From a virus (lineage: Duplodnaviria; Caudoviricetes), in IMG/VR virus record IMGVR_UViG_3300048856_000028, positions 1 through 35,894 of that record: 35,894 nucleotides of DNA; one strand, written 5' to 3'. Position numbers and translations under genes: made by a program. The notes under the pieces are model-generated. The model ran no database searches. It was given only the letters and a program-made list of their open reading frames with translations, and had not been told where the DNA came from. This document shows positions 14,181-25,101 of the stretch, piece after piece. Every line of letters starts with the position of its first letter. Position 1 is the stretch's first letter.

Positions 14181-17100
14181 TACGCCCAGATCCCCATACG
14201 AACGCGCAGGACTCCATTACCGTCATAGACCCGGATCTGGGAATCGTCCACGGTCAGGTACCCGGCTCCCACGTTTGGGCCATTCATGGTCAGCGTTCCG
14301 TTTTTGTCGAGCCTCCAACGCGGTTGCCCGTTTGCACCCAAGGTATTGGACTCGATGAAGTTGCCGATCTTGGCGTTCGTGATCCACCCGTCGCCAATGA
14401 AGGCCTGACTGATGAAGGTCTGGCCGTTTTGGATGACAAATGGCGTGGTGACGGCTCCGTTAGCCACGTTGAGGAGCGCAAAGCGGTCAGCCTGGAATAG
14501 CACCTGAGATTGCGCGATGCCCGATTCATTGCTGATGCCAATCGCCATGCCGGCGCCGTAGTACTTCCCGTCCTCCGTGATGCCGACCTTGATCGTGTAA
14601 GCCGCCGACATCTTGCCGTTGAGCATTGAAATGGCTTCGGCGTTGGTCTGGACTGCGGCAGTGTTCTGCCCAACACTGGCCTGCACGGTCGTGATCTGGC
14701 TCGCTAACGCTCCATCGGCGTCCGCACGCGCCTGCGTTTCCTGCCGGATGAGCGCCTCTACTGGCCCGAAGTCGATGTTCTCGACCGCGGCGGCAACCGT
14801 ATCCACGCGCTGACCGAGCGCCATGTCGGCTTCCGCTCGTGCGGACTGCTCCGACCAGACGCCTGCATAGGTTGTGTTGTCTCCGGCGTATGTGGTGTCG
14901 TCGCCAGCCATCGGCGGGTCGAAGCGAGCAAAGATGCCCTCCATCGAGTCCACCTGTTGCTCGACGGTCTCAAGGCTCTCCGTGATCTCGTCTAGCGTCG
15001 CACCGATGCCCTCGACGCTATCGATTGCTTGGAGCAGGCCATCGGACAGTTGCGTCTTTGTGATCTGACCGTTGAGGTAGTCAAGCACTTCGTCAGCATC
15101 CGCACTGCTCTGGCCGACGACCCCGATGCCCGTCGGATACCAAGCGCCAATGTTCCCGCTCTTGTCGACCAGGCGTGCCCAGAAGAAGAACGTCACGCCG
15201 GCAGCCAATCCCATCATCGTGTGCGTGTTCTGCGGAAAGGCAAAGTCCGCCAGCTTTATGGCCGTCTCTCGGTCGCTCGTTTGGCTGTACCAGATTTCCG
15301 TCCGTTCAACGTCCAGCGGCCCCGCCGGGAAGGCCCAGTCCAGCCGGATGCCGAAAACGAGGCCAGTCGTTGTGAAGCTGCTGACCACCGGCGGCGGCGA
15401 CGTCTTGCCCTCCAGCACCGTCTCAGGCGAGTAAGCCGGGATCGAGGCGACATCCAGCGCATTGATGGCGCGCACCCGCGCAACATAGGTGCCCGCATAG
15501 ATGCCGCGCACCTCGATGTTCAGCGAACCCGTCCGCCCCGCCCGCACCCATTCGCCGTTGTCCCGGCGCCAGTCCACCTCGTAGGCGATCGCCTTCTGAG
15601 CGGCGTCCCACTGGATCACCATGGCCGTCGACGCGATACCCTGCTCGATGACCCAATAGGTGGAAAAGCCCACGTTGGCCGGAGGCGGCTGCACTGAGGG
15701 CGGAATCACCGATATAGGCCGCGAGTCGATACGGGTGCCGTTGTCAATCGCCCCGAACTTCCCCGGCTCATGCTTCAGTGCCGTGATTTGGCACGTCAGT
15801 CCATCAGCCTCGGTCACGGAGAGAACACGGAACAGTTGCGTCTTCAGCTCCGAGCTTTCGACCGCCCAGACGGCTTGGGGCTGGATGTCCTCGGTCCAGT
15901 CATCCGAGACCGTGACGCTATCACCCACAACCCCGAATACACTGCGGGTCTGGGCGACGCCGGAGGGGAGGATGACAGTCAACGTATCGCCAGCCGCAAC
16001 TTGGTCGGCTTTGTCCAGCACCACGGTTCGCCCGTCCGCGCTGCGCACGCGCCCGCCGATGCGCCGCCCGGCGCGAGATGGATCGGCAACGCGGATGATG
16101 CTTCCGGGTGCGACCAGGGCGGCATCCAATCCGACCTGGAAGCTGACGGTCTCGGTCTCCAATCGGCTCGTCAGCAGGATCCACTGCCCGGCCCGTTGAG
16201 CTTGTCCTTGCGATGTGCAGCCGAACGCCGAAATCTCCGACTCTTGCACACCATAGCGCGCAATACCCTCGTCGTCCGGCACGTATTCGACCTTGGCACG
16301 ATAGAAGTCGTCCGGGTCGTTCCAGCTAACCAGCGCAACGGTGTAGCGAGACTTTCGCGGGCTCCCCGCATAGATAAACCGGCCATCAACAACGTTTGCC
16401 GCGGTGAACGTGTAGACCGGGTCCGCCGGCATGTCTGCCACTGCCATGACGTTGCCGGACGCCCAGTAAGCCATGCCTCGGAAGATCGAGGCCAAGTCCT
16501 GCAGAACCTTGTACGCATCGGCACGCGATTGCAGATAGCAGTTGCATGTGAAACGCGGCTCTTGCCCGCCCTTTCCGTCAGGGACAAGCTGGTCGCAGTA
16601 CTGGCCGATTTGGTAAAGGGACCACTTGTCGACCATGGCAGCGTTGACCCGGTCGCCGAGGCCGTAGCGGGGATGGAGCACCAGGTCATAGAACACCCAT
16701 GCCGGGTTGTTCGTCCAGGCTACCTTGAACGTGCCATCCCAGATGCCTATGTACGCCCGGGACTCCGGATCATAGTTGCTCGGGACTCTGATGACGCGCC
16801 CCCGCATGTGGTAGGACCGCGTCGGAATATTGTTGAATTGGCGTGCGTCGATCTGGATGCCTACAACAGCACTGTTGGGGTAGCGCAGTTTCGCATCGAT
16901 GATTTCGGTGAAAGACTCGACTAGCGTCGTGTCGGCAACAGTGCTGCTGTTCGCGTTCGGCGTGAGCCTGCGCACACGCACAGTCCAACCGTTGACGGCC
17001 GGCGGTAGGTTGACGCGTTCGCTTCGCTCATACTTCGTGGTCGTCTTCCCGTCGAAGGCGGAAGCCAACACCTGCTCGAAGCTCCCGCCGTCGGTCGCCA

Positions 17101-17566
17101 CATCAATCGCGTACTCGACCCGGTAGCCACCGATGTCGCCCGTGCTCGTGTTTGCCTTTGAGAGCGCTGGCACCGAGAGCCGCACCCGAACAGCGGATAG
17201 TTGCGTGTTCGTAACGGAGCGACTCCACGGTGCCGCATTAGTGAGTTCGACACCCACCGCCGACTCGCTCTCTACTGCCGGGAATCCCGGAATGTAGTCC
17301 TGATCCTGCGTACCAAGTCGGTAGTCCACCGAGACGTTCTGAAAGTTGAAGGTGCCATCGTCGTTGGTCAACGGCGTACCGTCTAGGTAGATGCTCCGCA
17401 ACCCGTTGACCAGACCGGCGATCTCCCCCTCCGATACCAAGTCCAGCACACGTGCGAAGGCAATCGAATGGAGGCTATCGGGACTCTCCGTGGGCGCCGA
17501 TCCACCTCCGCCACCCTTACCGCCTCCGCCGTAGCCGATGATGTTGCGCATGTTCCGATGTACCAA
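14180..17566 (-). CDS. Tail tip / host specificity protein J
   Basis: DLVSEGEIAGL, WTNNPAW, FGCTSQGQAQRAG, FN3-like region, C-terminal DUF1983-like segment. Confidence 0.93.
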   Translation of the reverse strand: MVHRNMRNIIGYGGGGKGGGGGSAPTESPDSLHSIAFARVLDLVSEGEIAGLVNGLRSIYLDGTPLTNDDGTFNFQNVSVDYRLGTQDQDYIPGFPAVESESAVGVELTNAAPWSRSVTNTQLSAVRVRLSVPALSKANTSTGDIGGYRVEYAIDVATDGGSFEQVLASAFDGKTTTKYERSERVNLPPAVNGWTVRVRRLTPNANSSTVADTTLVESFTEIIDAKLRYPNSAVVGIQIDARQFNNIPTRSYHMRGRVIRVPSNYDPESRAYIGIWDGTFKVAWTNNPAWVFYDLVLHPRYGLGDRVNAAMVDKWSLYQIGQYCDQLVPDGKGGQEPRFTCNCYLQSRADAYKVLQDLASIFRGMAYWASGNVMAVADMPADPVYTFTAANVVDGRFIYAGSPRKSRYTVALVSWNDPDDFYRAKVEYVPDDEGIARYGVQESEISAFGCTSQGQAQRAGQWILLTSRLETETVSFQVGLDAALVAPGSIIRVADPSRAGRRIGGRVRSADGRTVVLDKADQVAAGDTLTVILPSGVAQTRSVFGVVGDSVTVSDDWTEDIQPQAVWAVESSELKTQLFRVLSVTEADGLTCQITALKHEPGKFGAIDNGTRIDSRPISVIPPSVQPPPANVGFSTYWVIEQGIASTAMVIQWDAAQKAIAYEVDWRRDNGEWVRAGRTGSLNIEVRGIYAGTYVARVRAINALDVASIPAYSPETVLEGKTSPPPVVSSFTTTGLVFGIRLDWAFPAGPLDVERTEIWYSQTSDRETAIKLADFAFPQNTHTMMGLAAGVTFFFWARLVDKSGNIGAWYPTGIGVVGQSSADADEVLDYLNGQITKTQLSDGLLQAIDSVEGIGATLDEITESLETVEQQVDSMEGIFARFDPPMAGDDTTYAGDNTTYAGVWSEQSARAEADMALGQRVDTVAAAVENIDFGPVEALIRQETQARADADGALASQITTVQASVGQNTAAVQTNAEAISMLNGKMSAAYTIKVGITEDGKYYGAGMAIGISNESGIAQSQVLFQADRFALLNVANGAVTTPFVIQNGQTFISQAFIGDGWITNAKIGNFIESNTLGANGQPRWRLDKNGTLTMNGPNVGAGYLTVDDSQIRVYDGNGVLRVRMGIWA

Positions 17567-17620
17567 TGAAAAAGCCCCGCGATTGCAGGGCTTTGAATAG
17601 GAATAGGAGGTTCGAATTTG

Positions 17621-18220
17621 TTAGGCTTGGTCTTCTGCGTAGATGCCGGCGGAGATCACTGCGCTTCCGACGATCATGTCGCCGTATAGCACTGGCGCAG
17701 GGTTACCCTGCGCCGTGGTGTTCACCGGCCCATTGAAGTTGTAGCTTGCGCCATTCTCGGGCCCGTCTTTTGCTGAAAGGCCGCGCTGCTGTGGCGATAG
17801 CATTTGGACGACTCCACCTAGAGCCATTGCAGCGCCTAGCTGCATCATCGGCACACCGATGCCAGACAGGCTACCCGCGCTGAAGTAGCTGATCGCCGCG
17901 CCAGCCACTATAAGAACCGCGCCAACGATCGTCTGCAAGAGGCCTCCGCGCTTACTACCTTGAAGCACTGGCGCAATTCGGATGTCGTCGCCGCCGGGTG
18001 GCGCGTAGAGCTCGTCGGCCGCCAAATTCTGCTTGCCGACAAATACAGCATAGGCAATGCCGCGGTCCTTGCTGCTGGTCAGATCCTGTTTGAAGCCGGG
18101 CAGCAGCACGCACAGCGCGCGAACCGCCTCGGCCGCGCTGGCGACGGCAAGCCGGTGGACGCGGCCAAAGCGCGCCCCCAACGTCCCGTACAGCCGAATG
18201 GTGCGAATCTTCTCTGTCAT
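17621..18220 (-). CDS. Tail assembly protein I
   Basis: IRLYGTLGARFGR; GPVNTTAQGNPAPVLYG. Confidence 0.9.
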   Translation of the reverse strand: MTEKIRTIRLYGTLGARFGRVHRLAVASAAEAVRALCVLLPGFKQDLTSSKDRGIAYAVFVGKQNLAADELYAPPGGDDIRIAPVLQGSKRGGLLQTIVGAVLIVAGAAISYFSAGSLSGIGVPMMQLGAAMALGGVVQMLSPQQRGLSAKDGPENGASYNFNGPVNTTAQGNPAPVLYGDMIVGSAVISAGIYAEDQA

Positions 18221-18927
18221 CCCTGGTACCTCAGCACGCAACGCGTGATTTCCTGCCAGTAGCCTCCGTAAACATCGCGAGAGGACAGCCGGCCGTGGAG
18301 ATGCTGCAGGATCTTCCCGTCGCCGATGTACACCGCCGCATGGTTCGGAACCGGTGCGCGCAACTGCATCAGGATGACGTCCCCCACCCGCTCAGGGCTG
18401 TCCTGCGACACCGCCACGAAACCCGCATCGGCATAGTGGCGCATGTATAGGTCTTCGCCATGCTTCCACCAGTCGTCCCGCCTCGAGAAGTCTTGCAACT
18501 CGATGCCTCGCTCGCGCTGATACCAATCCCGGACCAGCGTGTAGCAGTCCAGCACGCCATGAGAAAATTGCCGGCCGACAAGAGGGGCCTCGTATCCCCT
18601 TGGCTCAATCGTCCGGAGGTCGTCAGCCGGCCAGGACAGGATGTGCCACGGCAGGCCGGACGCCTCACACCCGACAAGGTCCGCCTCGCTTGGCGCCGCT
18701 GGCACGTCGGGATGACTGTGCACAACGGCCACCACTTCGCCAATGTCTTCTGCAGCCGCGTAGTCCTCAGCTGGAAGGATGAAATGCTCGTCGCCCTGTG
18801 CGACGTTGCGGCAAGGCACGTAGCGCTCTTTGCCCCTTTCCACCACCACCAGCCCACAGCACTCACGCGGGTATTCTGCTGCGGCGTGTGCGCGCACCGC
18901 GGCCAACGTGTCTTTGTTCACGATCAT
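18217..18927 (-). CDS. Tail assembly protein K (JAB/MPN plus NlpC/P60)
   Basis: YPRECCG, VHSHP, DCYTLVRDWY, NHAAVY. Confidence 0.92.
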   Translation of the reverse strand: MIVNKDTLAAVRAHAAAEYPRECCGLVVVERGKERYVPCRNVAQGDEHFILPAEDYAAAEDIGEVVAVVHSHPDVPAAPSEADLVGCEASGLPWHILSWPADDLRTIEPRGYEAPLVGRQFSHGVLDCYTLVRDWYQRERGIELQDFSRRDDWWKHGEDLYMRHYADAGFVAVSQDSPERVGDVILMQLRAPVPNHAAVYIGDGKILQHLHGRLSSRDVYGGYWQEITRCVLRYQG

Positions 18928-19625
18928 CCCCGGATCAGATCGGCTGCCGGAAAGGAGCCGTACGGCAGCGGGTTGTTTTCCCCGAACCTACGTTTGCATG
19001 ACGTCAGCCGCCCCCCGCAGCGATCTAGCGCGGGGTCGGCCACTGGGTTGTCGTCCCTGTCGAAGTAGGCACTGCCGGTGTAGCCGCAGTACGGGCCGCG
19101 GTAGCCGCCAAACGTCAGCCAGCTGCAGACGTTCGCCACAATCTGTCGGCGCGGCAGCTGCGTGCCGTTGAAGTCAAGCGCGCTGGCCAGCTCGAACGTC
19201 ACCGTCTCGTTGGTCTCCTCCGTCTTCTGCTCGATGTACCAGAGTTCAGGCGGCAACTGCTCTTCCGGGTCCGCAGAAGGGTTGCCGTCGGGGAAGTTGG
19301 CTGCGTCCAGGTATTTGCCGAGCGTCCGCATGCGGGACAGCTTTGCGCCCACCATGTCGTCCAGGTAAAGGCACAGCGCGGTGATCGATCCCTCGACATT
19401 CCCGACCGACAGCGTCGGCGTGGGCTGTTGCCCTTCACCGGTCCGCGCGAATCCCTCAGTCTGGATTGGCCAGCCGGAATACTCGTTACCTTGCCACCAG
19501 ATCGAACCCACCTGCGTGTGGCCGTGGAATCGAAGGATGTCGCCGCCCTGCTGCGTCGCATCGAGTTCGAACAACTCGACCAGCTCACCGGGCTCCAGCG
19601 TCTGGATGTCGTAACGGATCCTCAT
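18924..19625 (-). CDS. Minor tail protein L
   Basis: YLDAANF; conserved Cys for Fe-S cluster (CSW, CGY, DRCG, SCKRRF); GSFP. Confidence 0.92.
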   Translation of the reverse strand: MRIRYDIQTLEPGELVELFELDATQQGGDILRFHGHTQVGSIWWQGNEYSGWPIQTEGFARTGEGQQPTPTLSVGNVEGSITALCLYLDDMVGAKLSRMRTLGKYLDAANFPDGNPSADPEEQLPPELWYIEQKTEETNETVTFELASALDFNGTQLPRRQIVANVCSWLTFGGYRGPYCGYTGSAYFDRDDNPVADPALDRCGGRLTSCKRRFGENNPLPYGSFPAADLIRG

Positions 19626-20128
19626 GCTGCGTTCTCCGCAAGCGCGGAACTGTCATGCCCCCACGGATGTGGCCACGGCGGCCCGCCCTGTACCCATACG
19701 CCGCCGATCCGCTGCAGCAGGCACGCCAGGTTGTTGGGCTCGAAGCGGTGCGGCTCGGGAACGCCGCACGCAGCACCGACCGCCTCATTGCAGAAATAGC
19801 CGCCCGCGGTGTTACCGACTGGCAGCAGGAAGCTGATCAGCCCCCGCACATCGTAGGGCTGGCCCTCGCGCGCCCTGAACCAAGCTTCGACGGCCGCGGG
19901 CTCGATGCCGGGGACCTCGATCACGTCCCAACGGTCGGCGCGCAGCGCGATGTCCTTGAAGCGCACCCCACCGTCGCTGAACGATGCCGACGCGCAGCAG
20001 CTGGTGCCGGGCGCCTCGCCATTCCCGAGCACGGCCTCGACGTGGGAATAGGGCCCGCTCATCTTCCAGGACACGAGCCAGTTGAACGGCTTGCCGCGGT
20101 ATTTGTAGAAGGCAACGCGAATTGTCAT
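19622..20128 (-). CDS. Permuted papain-like (NlpC/P60) peptidase/amidase
   Basis: YSHVE (His) precedes YFCNE (Cys); GQPYD motif. Confidence 0.7.
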   Translation of the reverse strand: MTIRVAFYKYRGKPFNWLVSWKMSGPYSHVEAVLGNGEAPGTSCCASASFSDGGVRFKDIALRADRWDVIEVPGIEPAAVEAWFRAREGQPYDVRGLISFLLPVGNTAGGYFCNEAVGAACGVPEPHRFEPNNLACLLQRIGGVWVQGGPPWPHPWGHDSSALAENAA

Positions 20129-20697
20129 TGCGTGACTCCCGCAACCGCCGCGTTGATTTGGGAGATCGCCGCATCTGTAGCAGCCTGCGCGTCGCCAGCA
20201 GTCAGCGCGCTACGCACGGCCTCCTTTGCCTTCAGGCGAATATCCCGCAGCGAGTACAGCGCAGCATTCCACGCCGCAGCAACCGCCAGGATGTCGTCTG
20301 CCGCCTGTTGTCCGGTCCAGCCTTTGGCCTCGGCCCAACTCTGTACACTAGGCGGCACGGCCCCGGCATAGTTAGCATCCTTGTACGCCTTCGCCTCGTT
20401 CTCTGCGACTTGATATTCGACCGCGCGCAGGGAATCGCCAGCCACAGTGAGGCGCGCAGCATCGGCGGCGTCGTCAATTGCCTTCAGGTGCATGGTTTTC
20501 AGCGCGTCGAGCGAAGGGGCCGTAGGGTCGGCCAGCACCGGCATACCGTCCGGCCCAGCCTCAATCTTCTTCCCGTTCGACTGGCCCGCCAACAAGGCCG
20601 CATAGTGCTCGGCCGTGATTTCGACCGCATCGGCAGGTATCGTGTCGCCGTGGATGGTACGGCGATAGAAACCACCAGTGCTTTTTGAATAGAACAT
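20125..20697 (-). CDS. Tail fiber assembly-like protein
   Basis: MFYSKSTGGFY...IPADAVEITAEHYAALLAGQSNGKKI...GMPVLADP; start at 20697. Confidence 0.75.
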   Translation of the reverse strand: MFYSKSTGGFYRRTIHGDTIPADAVEITAEHYAALLAGQSNGKKIEAGPDGMPVLADPTAPSLDALKTMHLKAIDDAADAARLTVAGDSLRAVEYQVAENEAKAYKDANYAGAVPPSVQSWAEAKGWTGQQAADDILAVAAAWNAALYSLRDIRLKAKEAVRSALTAGDAQAATDAAISQINAAVAGVTQ

Positions 20698-20711
20698 GAT
20701 GCTGCGCCTCG

Positions 20712-21893
20712 TCAGTAGCCAATGGCGATATAGGTGACCCCCACCGCGCCGCCATGAGCACAATTTGCGTAGACCGTTGTTTTCGCAACGGACGCTGCTG
20801 TAATGGCGGATGTGGGAGCGCCGCCCCCGTTGTGTACTGCACTGGCGGCAACCCCGGCATTGGGAAACGCGATAGGGAGATTTGCCGTCGCCCCTACGTT
20901 GTTCCCCGGCAAGCTGAAGCTGCCCCACTGAATAATCAAGCCACCCAGCCAAGTCGGGAATGCGAGGTACCCATTAACACCCAGCGAAATCGAGAACCCC
21001 ATCCGGCACCACGCGGTGGTGGCGCCTTTGCGCGAGTTTTCCGTCGCGGCTGGCGTGTCGAAGGTCGCTGCGCCAGTTACCTGCAACCTAGCCCCCGAGC
21101 CGTCGTCCGCGGCAGTCCCCAGGCGAAGTTGCCCGTTGTGGTAGCTGGGCGCCGTCCCATCCGAATAGATGTTCCACTTGTTCGTGCCGGCCGACATCCG
21201 AAGGCGCATGCCGGCGACGCGGACTGGCGTGCCAGAGAGGGAGGCATCGAAAGCCGCGAAGGCATCGTAGTTCGTGACCGTCGCTTGAGCCCCGATAGTT
21301 GGAGTGCCAGCCACAACGCCGTAGAGGTTCGACATCGTGAAAGGAGCATCCTTCACCCGGGGAACGGCGCTGAACGCGTATCCGTTCGCAGTGGCGGCCT
21401 CGTTGAACTCCCCGTTCATGTAGACGCCCCATTGCGAGGTGCCGGTGCCTACCGATACGCCGCGCACGAACAACTGGGTGTTGGCAGACAGCACTCCTCC
21501 GATTGCCATGTACCCATCGGCGTGCAAGTTGATGCCTGGGGTCTTCCAGACCCCATCCCCGGCCGTGTCGTTCTCCAGGAATAACGTCCCGGAATTTTGA
21601 CGGAACCGGGTGTTCGTAGAGCCCGGCGTGCGGTCGATGAACTGGATCAGCGGTTGGTACGACTCGATGGCAAGACCGCCGCTGGTGCCGCTAAAGACGT
21701 CCACCACACGCAGGGTCGGCGCATTGATTGCGGCCCACCCCGTCGACTGATTACCGACGACGCCACCCGTGTTAGACAGCTTGACGGAGTACAGCTCAGT
21801 GAAGTTCGCCTGGGCCTTCGCCAGCGCTGCCCGCGTGGTGTCCCCGTCAACGCCAGTCGGCGGAGTGCCGAGATTGATGTTTTGCTGGGCCAT
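20712..21893 (-). CDS. Side tail fiber protein
   Basis: N-terminal [30 protein letters not shown] anchor; C-terminal [18 protein letters not shown]...PIAFPN...YIAIGY fiber tip. Confidence 0.85.
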   Translation of the reverse strand: MAQQNINLGTPPTGVDGDTTRAALAKAQANFTELYSVKLSNTGGVVGNQSTGWAAINAPTLRVVDVFSGTSGGLAIESYQPLIQFIDRTPGSTNTRFRQNSGTLFLENDTAGDGVWKTPGINLHADGYMAIGGVLSANTQLFVRGVSVGTGTSQWGVYMNGEFNEAATANGYAFSAVPRVKDAPFTMSNLYGVVAGTPTIGAQATVTNYDAFAAFDASLSGTPVRVAGMRLRMSAGTNKWNIYSDGTAPSYHNGQLRLGTAADDGSGARLQVTGAATFDTPAATENSRKGATTAWCRMGFSISLGVNGYLAFPTWLGGLIIQWGSFSLPGNNVGATANLPIAFPNAGVAASAVHNGGGAPTSAITAASVAKTTVYANCAHGGAVGVTYIAIGY

Positions 21894-21896
21894 GAA

Positions 21897-22235
21897 TTAG
21901 GGTGCGAAGGATTGAACGAAGGTAGCTGACAGGGTGTAGATGCCGCCCTTATCGGCCACTGGTGAGTACTCAGGCACGCGGTATAGCCCTTGCACTCCTA
22001 ACGGCGGGGTCCAGTAGAACGACTTGTAACCTTTGTGCCGGTCGAGGAAATCCTGGATGGCCAGAATCTCTGCTTGGCGGCCCGCGAACTGCAGTGGCCA
22101 GCTCTGGACCTTGTTGTTCAGTCCATCCCCCGCAGCCTGGCTATAGCCGTCCCCGAACTGTGCCGACAGGGTGCGCAGTGTGACTTGCCCGGCCGCGGTA
22201 TTGACGGCGCGCCATGTGAACGTTTCGGTTGCCAT
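21897..22235 (-). CDS. Minor tail protein M
   Basis: AQFGDGYSQ, FLDRHKGYKSFYWTPP. Confidence 0.9.
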   Translation of the reverse strand: MATETFTWRAVNTAAGQVTLRTLSAQFGDGYSQAAGDGLNNKVQSWPLQFAGRQAEILAIQDFLDRHKGYKSFYWTPPLGVQGLYRVPEYSPVADKGGIYTLSATFVQSFAP

Positions 22236-25100
22236 TTATGCCTGTCCGTTGCGCATCTTCCAGAGCAGGCCGCCCTGGCGCATTTGCCGGGAGATCTGCT
22301 CTGTGACCGCGGCATTTACCATGTTCCCGAGCTGCTTGCCCAGGTCGCTGTCGCTGGTGCTCTGCGACTGTGCTCCGCTGCTGTCGACGACTACCTGCGT
22401 GCTGACGTTGATGTCGCCCCCGCCAAGGGCGTGATTCGGCACGATGCTGCCCGACCGATTCGGCGTGAATAGCTCGGGACCACGCTCACCGACCAGGTAG
22501 GTGCTGCCTCCCGCTACTGGGCCGCCGGCTGCGCGCGCGCCGCTGACGAATACCCCGCTGAGTCCGTTGCCGAATGTCCCCGTAGCAGTGGTGCCCGTGT
22601 AACCGGTTGTGGCTGGGCCGGTGCTGAACCCGCTCCATGCAGATCCCCCGGTGGATGCGGTACCCGCCCCGGCCGCGAATAGGCTGCCAACGAGCTGAAT
22701 GCCCATCTGCGCAAGGCCGGAGATCGCTGCGCGCGCTTGGATGCGAGCCAGATCGGCAATGACCGCCTTTGCGAAGTCGCCAAAGCTTGCTTTGCCGGTC
22801 ATCGCGAAGTTGACCACCGAATCCTCGAGGCCTTGGAACATGCCGCCAAACAGTCGGCCGGTCTGGTCTGCCACGTTGGCGGCATAGTCGCGATAGTCCG
22901 ACATCGCGGCCATTGCGCCGTACTTCCAGTCGCTCTGCTTCGTTCGCAGTTCTGCGTAGTACTGGCCGACTTGCTCCAACGCAGCCTGCTGGGCGTCTCG
23001 GATGCGGTTAATCTGGTCCGTGTAGACATCGGTGCCAACCAAGCCCTTGTCGGACATGGTTTTGATCCAGTCCGTCCGGATCCGGTCGAATTCGCGATAG
23101 ACGGCCCTCTGGCTGTTCATCTGCTCCTGGGCTTGGCTCCCAAGGCCGAAGACGGAGAGCTGCCGATCGTATTGCTCTGCGCGCGCTGCCGCGCCTTCAC
23201 GGATGCGAACGTTGACGCCCTCGGCCTGCGTCTGGGCTTCCTTCAGCAGCTTCGCCTGACGCTCGAGCTCCTTAGTTTCAGCCTTCTTCGACTCGACGGC
23301 ATTCTGAGCGGCGACGTTCAGGTCCAGTTGGGCCCTGATCTCGGCCTGGCGGGCCAGAAGACTCTTCTGGTCAGCGGTCAGGACCTTCTTGGTCTTGATG
23401 TCGGCCAGTTGCTGCTCGAACTCAACGCGCGCCTTTTCCGCGGCGGTCAGCTTGTCCGTGTCGGCCAACTGCGCACGCAGCGACGCCTCGGTCTGGCGTA
23501 GCTGGTCAAGGTACCGCGTGCCCGCATCCTCGGTGTACGCCTTTCCCCTCGGGCCCTTCGGATCCTTGTATTTGTCTTCGATCGCAGCGACGCGCCTGTT
23601 GTATTCCTCTGCGGCCAGCCCGACCGTGGCTGCGTCGCGCTTCAGCTGCTCAATTTCCTCGCGGCGCTGCTCGGCGCGGCTGCGCGTGGCCTTGGCCTGG
23701 GCGGCGAGCCGATCGCGGGCTGCGATACGCTCGTCGTCCTGCCGCTGCCGGTTGGCATCCGCCGCAGCCTTCACCGAGGCCGCTTCCAACGGGGCGGCCT
23801 GCGCTTGCAGGTCGGCCAGTTGCCTGCGCAACTGTGTCAGCGCGGCGCCAGAGCGGCCACCGAACGCAGCGCCGTTGGCGTTATTGCCGAAGGCATTGCC
23901 AGACTCGATGCTAGCGATTTGGTTCTGGACGGCGACCATCTTGCTGCGGATGTCGTCCAGCGTCGCGGCGCGGCCGAGACCCAGCATGTTGTCCCATGCC
24001 TTCTTCGCCGCCCCCGACACGGTATCCCAAGCACGCTCAAGGAATCCGAGGCTTGCGCGGATCTCCTCGCCGCGAGACTGCAACGCTCGCGCGTAGGTTT
24101 GCTGCGCCAGCGCCGCCGCTTCATCTTTCCGCCCCTGCTCCTCCAGCGCGCGGATCTGCTCATAGACTGACGCCGTCAGGTAGTGATACTGCTCGTTCAA
24201 CTGGGCGGATGCCTTTGTCGGCTCCTCACCTAAGCGTACGAACTGCGCAATTGTGTCGTCGACGGCCGCGCCGGTCGCCTTCTGCCAGGTCAATGCTGCA
24301 GATGTCAGACCCCCGTACTGCTCGGCCGCGATGCGACCGCTGCTTGCGAGCTTGGTCAGAGCCTCCGCTGCAGCCGCGTGGGTGCCCACCGACTCGCTCA
24401 CACGGGCGGCGGTGCTCTGCAACTGGTCAGCCGTTTTGCCGGCATAGTTGCCAGTGGAGATCAGCGCCTTGGTGAATGCGACGGATTCCTGTGAGCCCTT
24501 ATAGATGCCCAGCGCAAAAATCCCGGCCGCGGCCCCCGCCAATGTGAACGGATTGATCAGCCCGGCAACATACGTGCCGAAGCCGCGAATAGCCGGGCCG
24601 ATGCCGCCGAACATATCCTTCAGCTGGCCACCCTGCTGCGTGAGAATCAGCAGCGGATTTTGCCCGCCGGCCAGCTGCGTGACGATGTCGGTCATTTGCG
24701 CCGGCACCATGCGCATTGCCGCGGCGGTCTGCCGGGCCGACATGCCCACGTCCTGAAACTGGGTCTCGGCAGCGCGCAAGCGCTCAATCATCGGTGCCGC
24801 GGCCTCCGCGACCCCCAACTGCTGCGCGCGGAAGGCGGCGTACTCGGCAGCCGTCTTGCCGGCTCTGTCCGCTTGACGCTCAAGCGACTGAAGGAACCGC
24901 CGGGAAGCGGCCTCCGTCCGTGCGGCAGCATCAGCAGCCGCGTCGCCCACGCTGCGCACGTTGCGGGCAGTATTGCGGCCAGCCGTGTTACTCGTGCGCT
25001 CCAGGCCTATGATCGACCGCTCGGCCTCCGCAAAGCCGGCTTTGACGCCCGAGACATCAGCGCCAACTTCCAGTGTGGCCTTGCCGACTACGTCGCTCAT
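22236..25100 (-). CDS. Tape measure protein, lambda family
   Basis: VPAQMTDIVTQLAGGQNPLLILTQQGGQLKDMFGG; C-terminal GERGPELFTP. Confidence 0.93.
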   Translation of the reverse strand: MSDVVGKATLEVGADVSGVKAGFAEAERSIIGLERTSNTAGRNTARNVRSVGDAAADAAARTEAASRRFLQSLERQADRAGKTAAEYAAFRAQQLGVAEAAAPMIERLRAAETQFQDVGMSARQTAAAMRMVPAQMTDIVTQLAGGQNPLLILTQQGGQLKDMFGGIGPAIRGFGTYVAGLINPFTLAGAAAGIFALGIYKGSQESVAFTKALISTGNYAGKTADQLQSTAARVSESVGTHAAAAEALTKLASSGRIAAEQYGGLTSAALTWQKATGAAVDDTIAQFVRLGEEPTKASAQLNEQYHYLTASVYEQIRALEEQGRKDEAAALAQQTYARALQSRGEEIRASLGFLERAWDTVSGAAKKAWDNMLGLGRAATLDDIRSKMVAVQNQIASIESGNAFGNNANGAAFGGRSGAALTQLRRQLADLQAQAAPLEAASVKAAADANRQRQDDERIAARDRLAAQAKATRSRAEQRREEIEQLKRDAATVGLAAEEYNRRVAAIEDKYKDPKGPRGKAYTEDAGTRYLDQLRQTEASLRAQLADTDKLTAAEKARVEFEQQLADIKTKKVLTADQKSLLARQAEIRAQLDLNVAAQNAVESKKAETKELERQAKLLKEAQTQAEGVNVRIREGAAARAEQYDRQLSVFGLGSQAQEQMNSQRAVYREFDRIRTDWIKTMSDKGLVGTDVYTDQINRIRDAQQAALEQVGQYYAELRTKQSDWKYGAMAAMSDYRDYAANVADQTGRLFGGMFQGLEDSVVNFAMTGKASFGDFAKAVIADLARIQARAAISGLAQMGIQLVGSLFAAGAGTASTGGSAWSGFSTGPATTGYTGTTATGTFGNGLSGVFVSGARAAGGPVAGGSTYLVGERGPELFTPNRSGSIVPNHALGGGDINVSTQVVVDSSGAQSQSTSDSDLGKQLGNMVNAAVTEQISRQMRQGGLLWKMRNGQA

Positions 25101-25101
25101 G

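Noticed and set aside
14863-14910. AGDDTTY/AGDNTTY tandem repeat in J as a diversity-generating or phase-variable element
   Set aside because: Only two imperfect in-frame units; no reverse transcriptase, template repeat or invertase in the window
20698-20952. Extended start of the fiber assembly ORF (likewise the longer starts for sheath, capsid, endolysin, holin and SRAP)
   Set aside because: Extensions overlap upstream genes or terminators; family N-termini match the shorter starts
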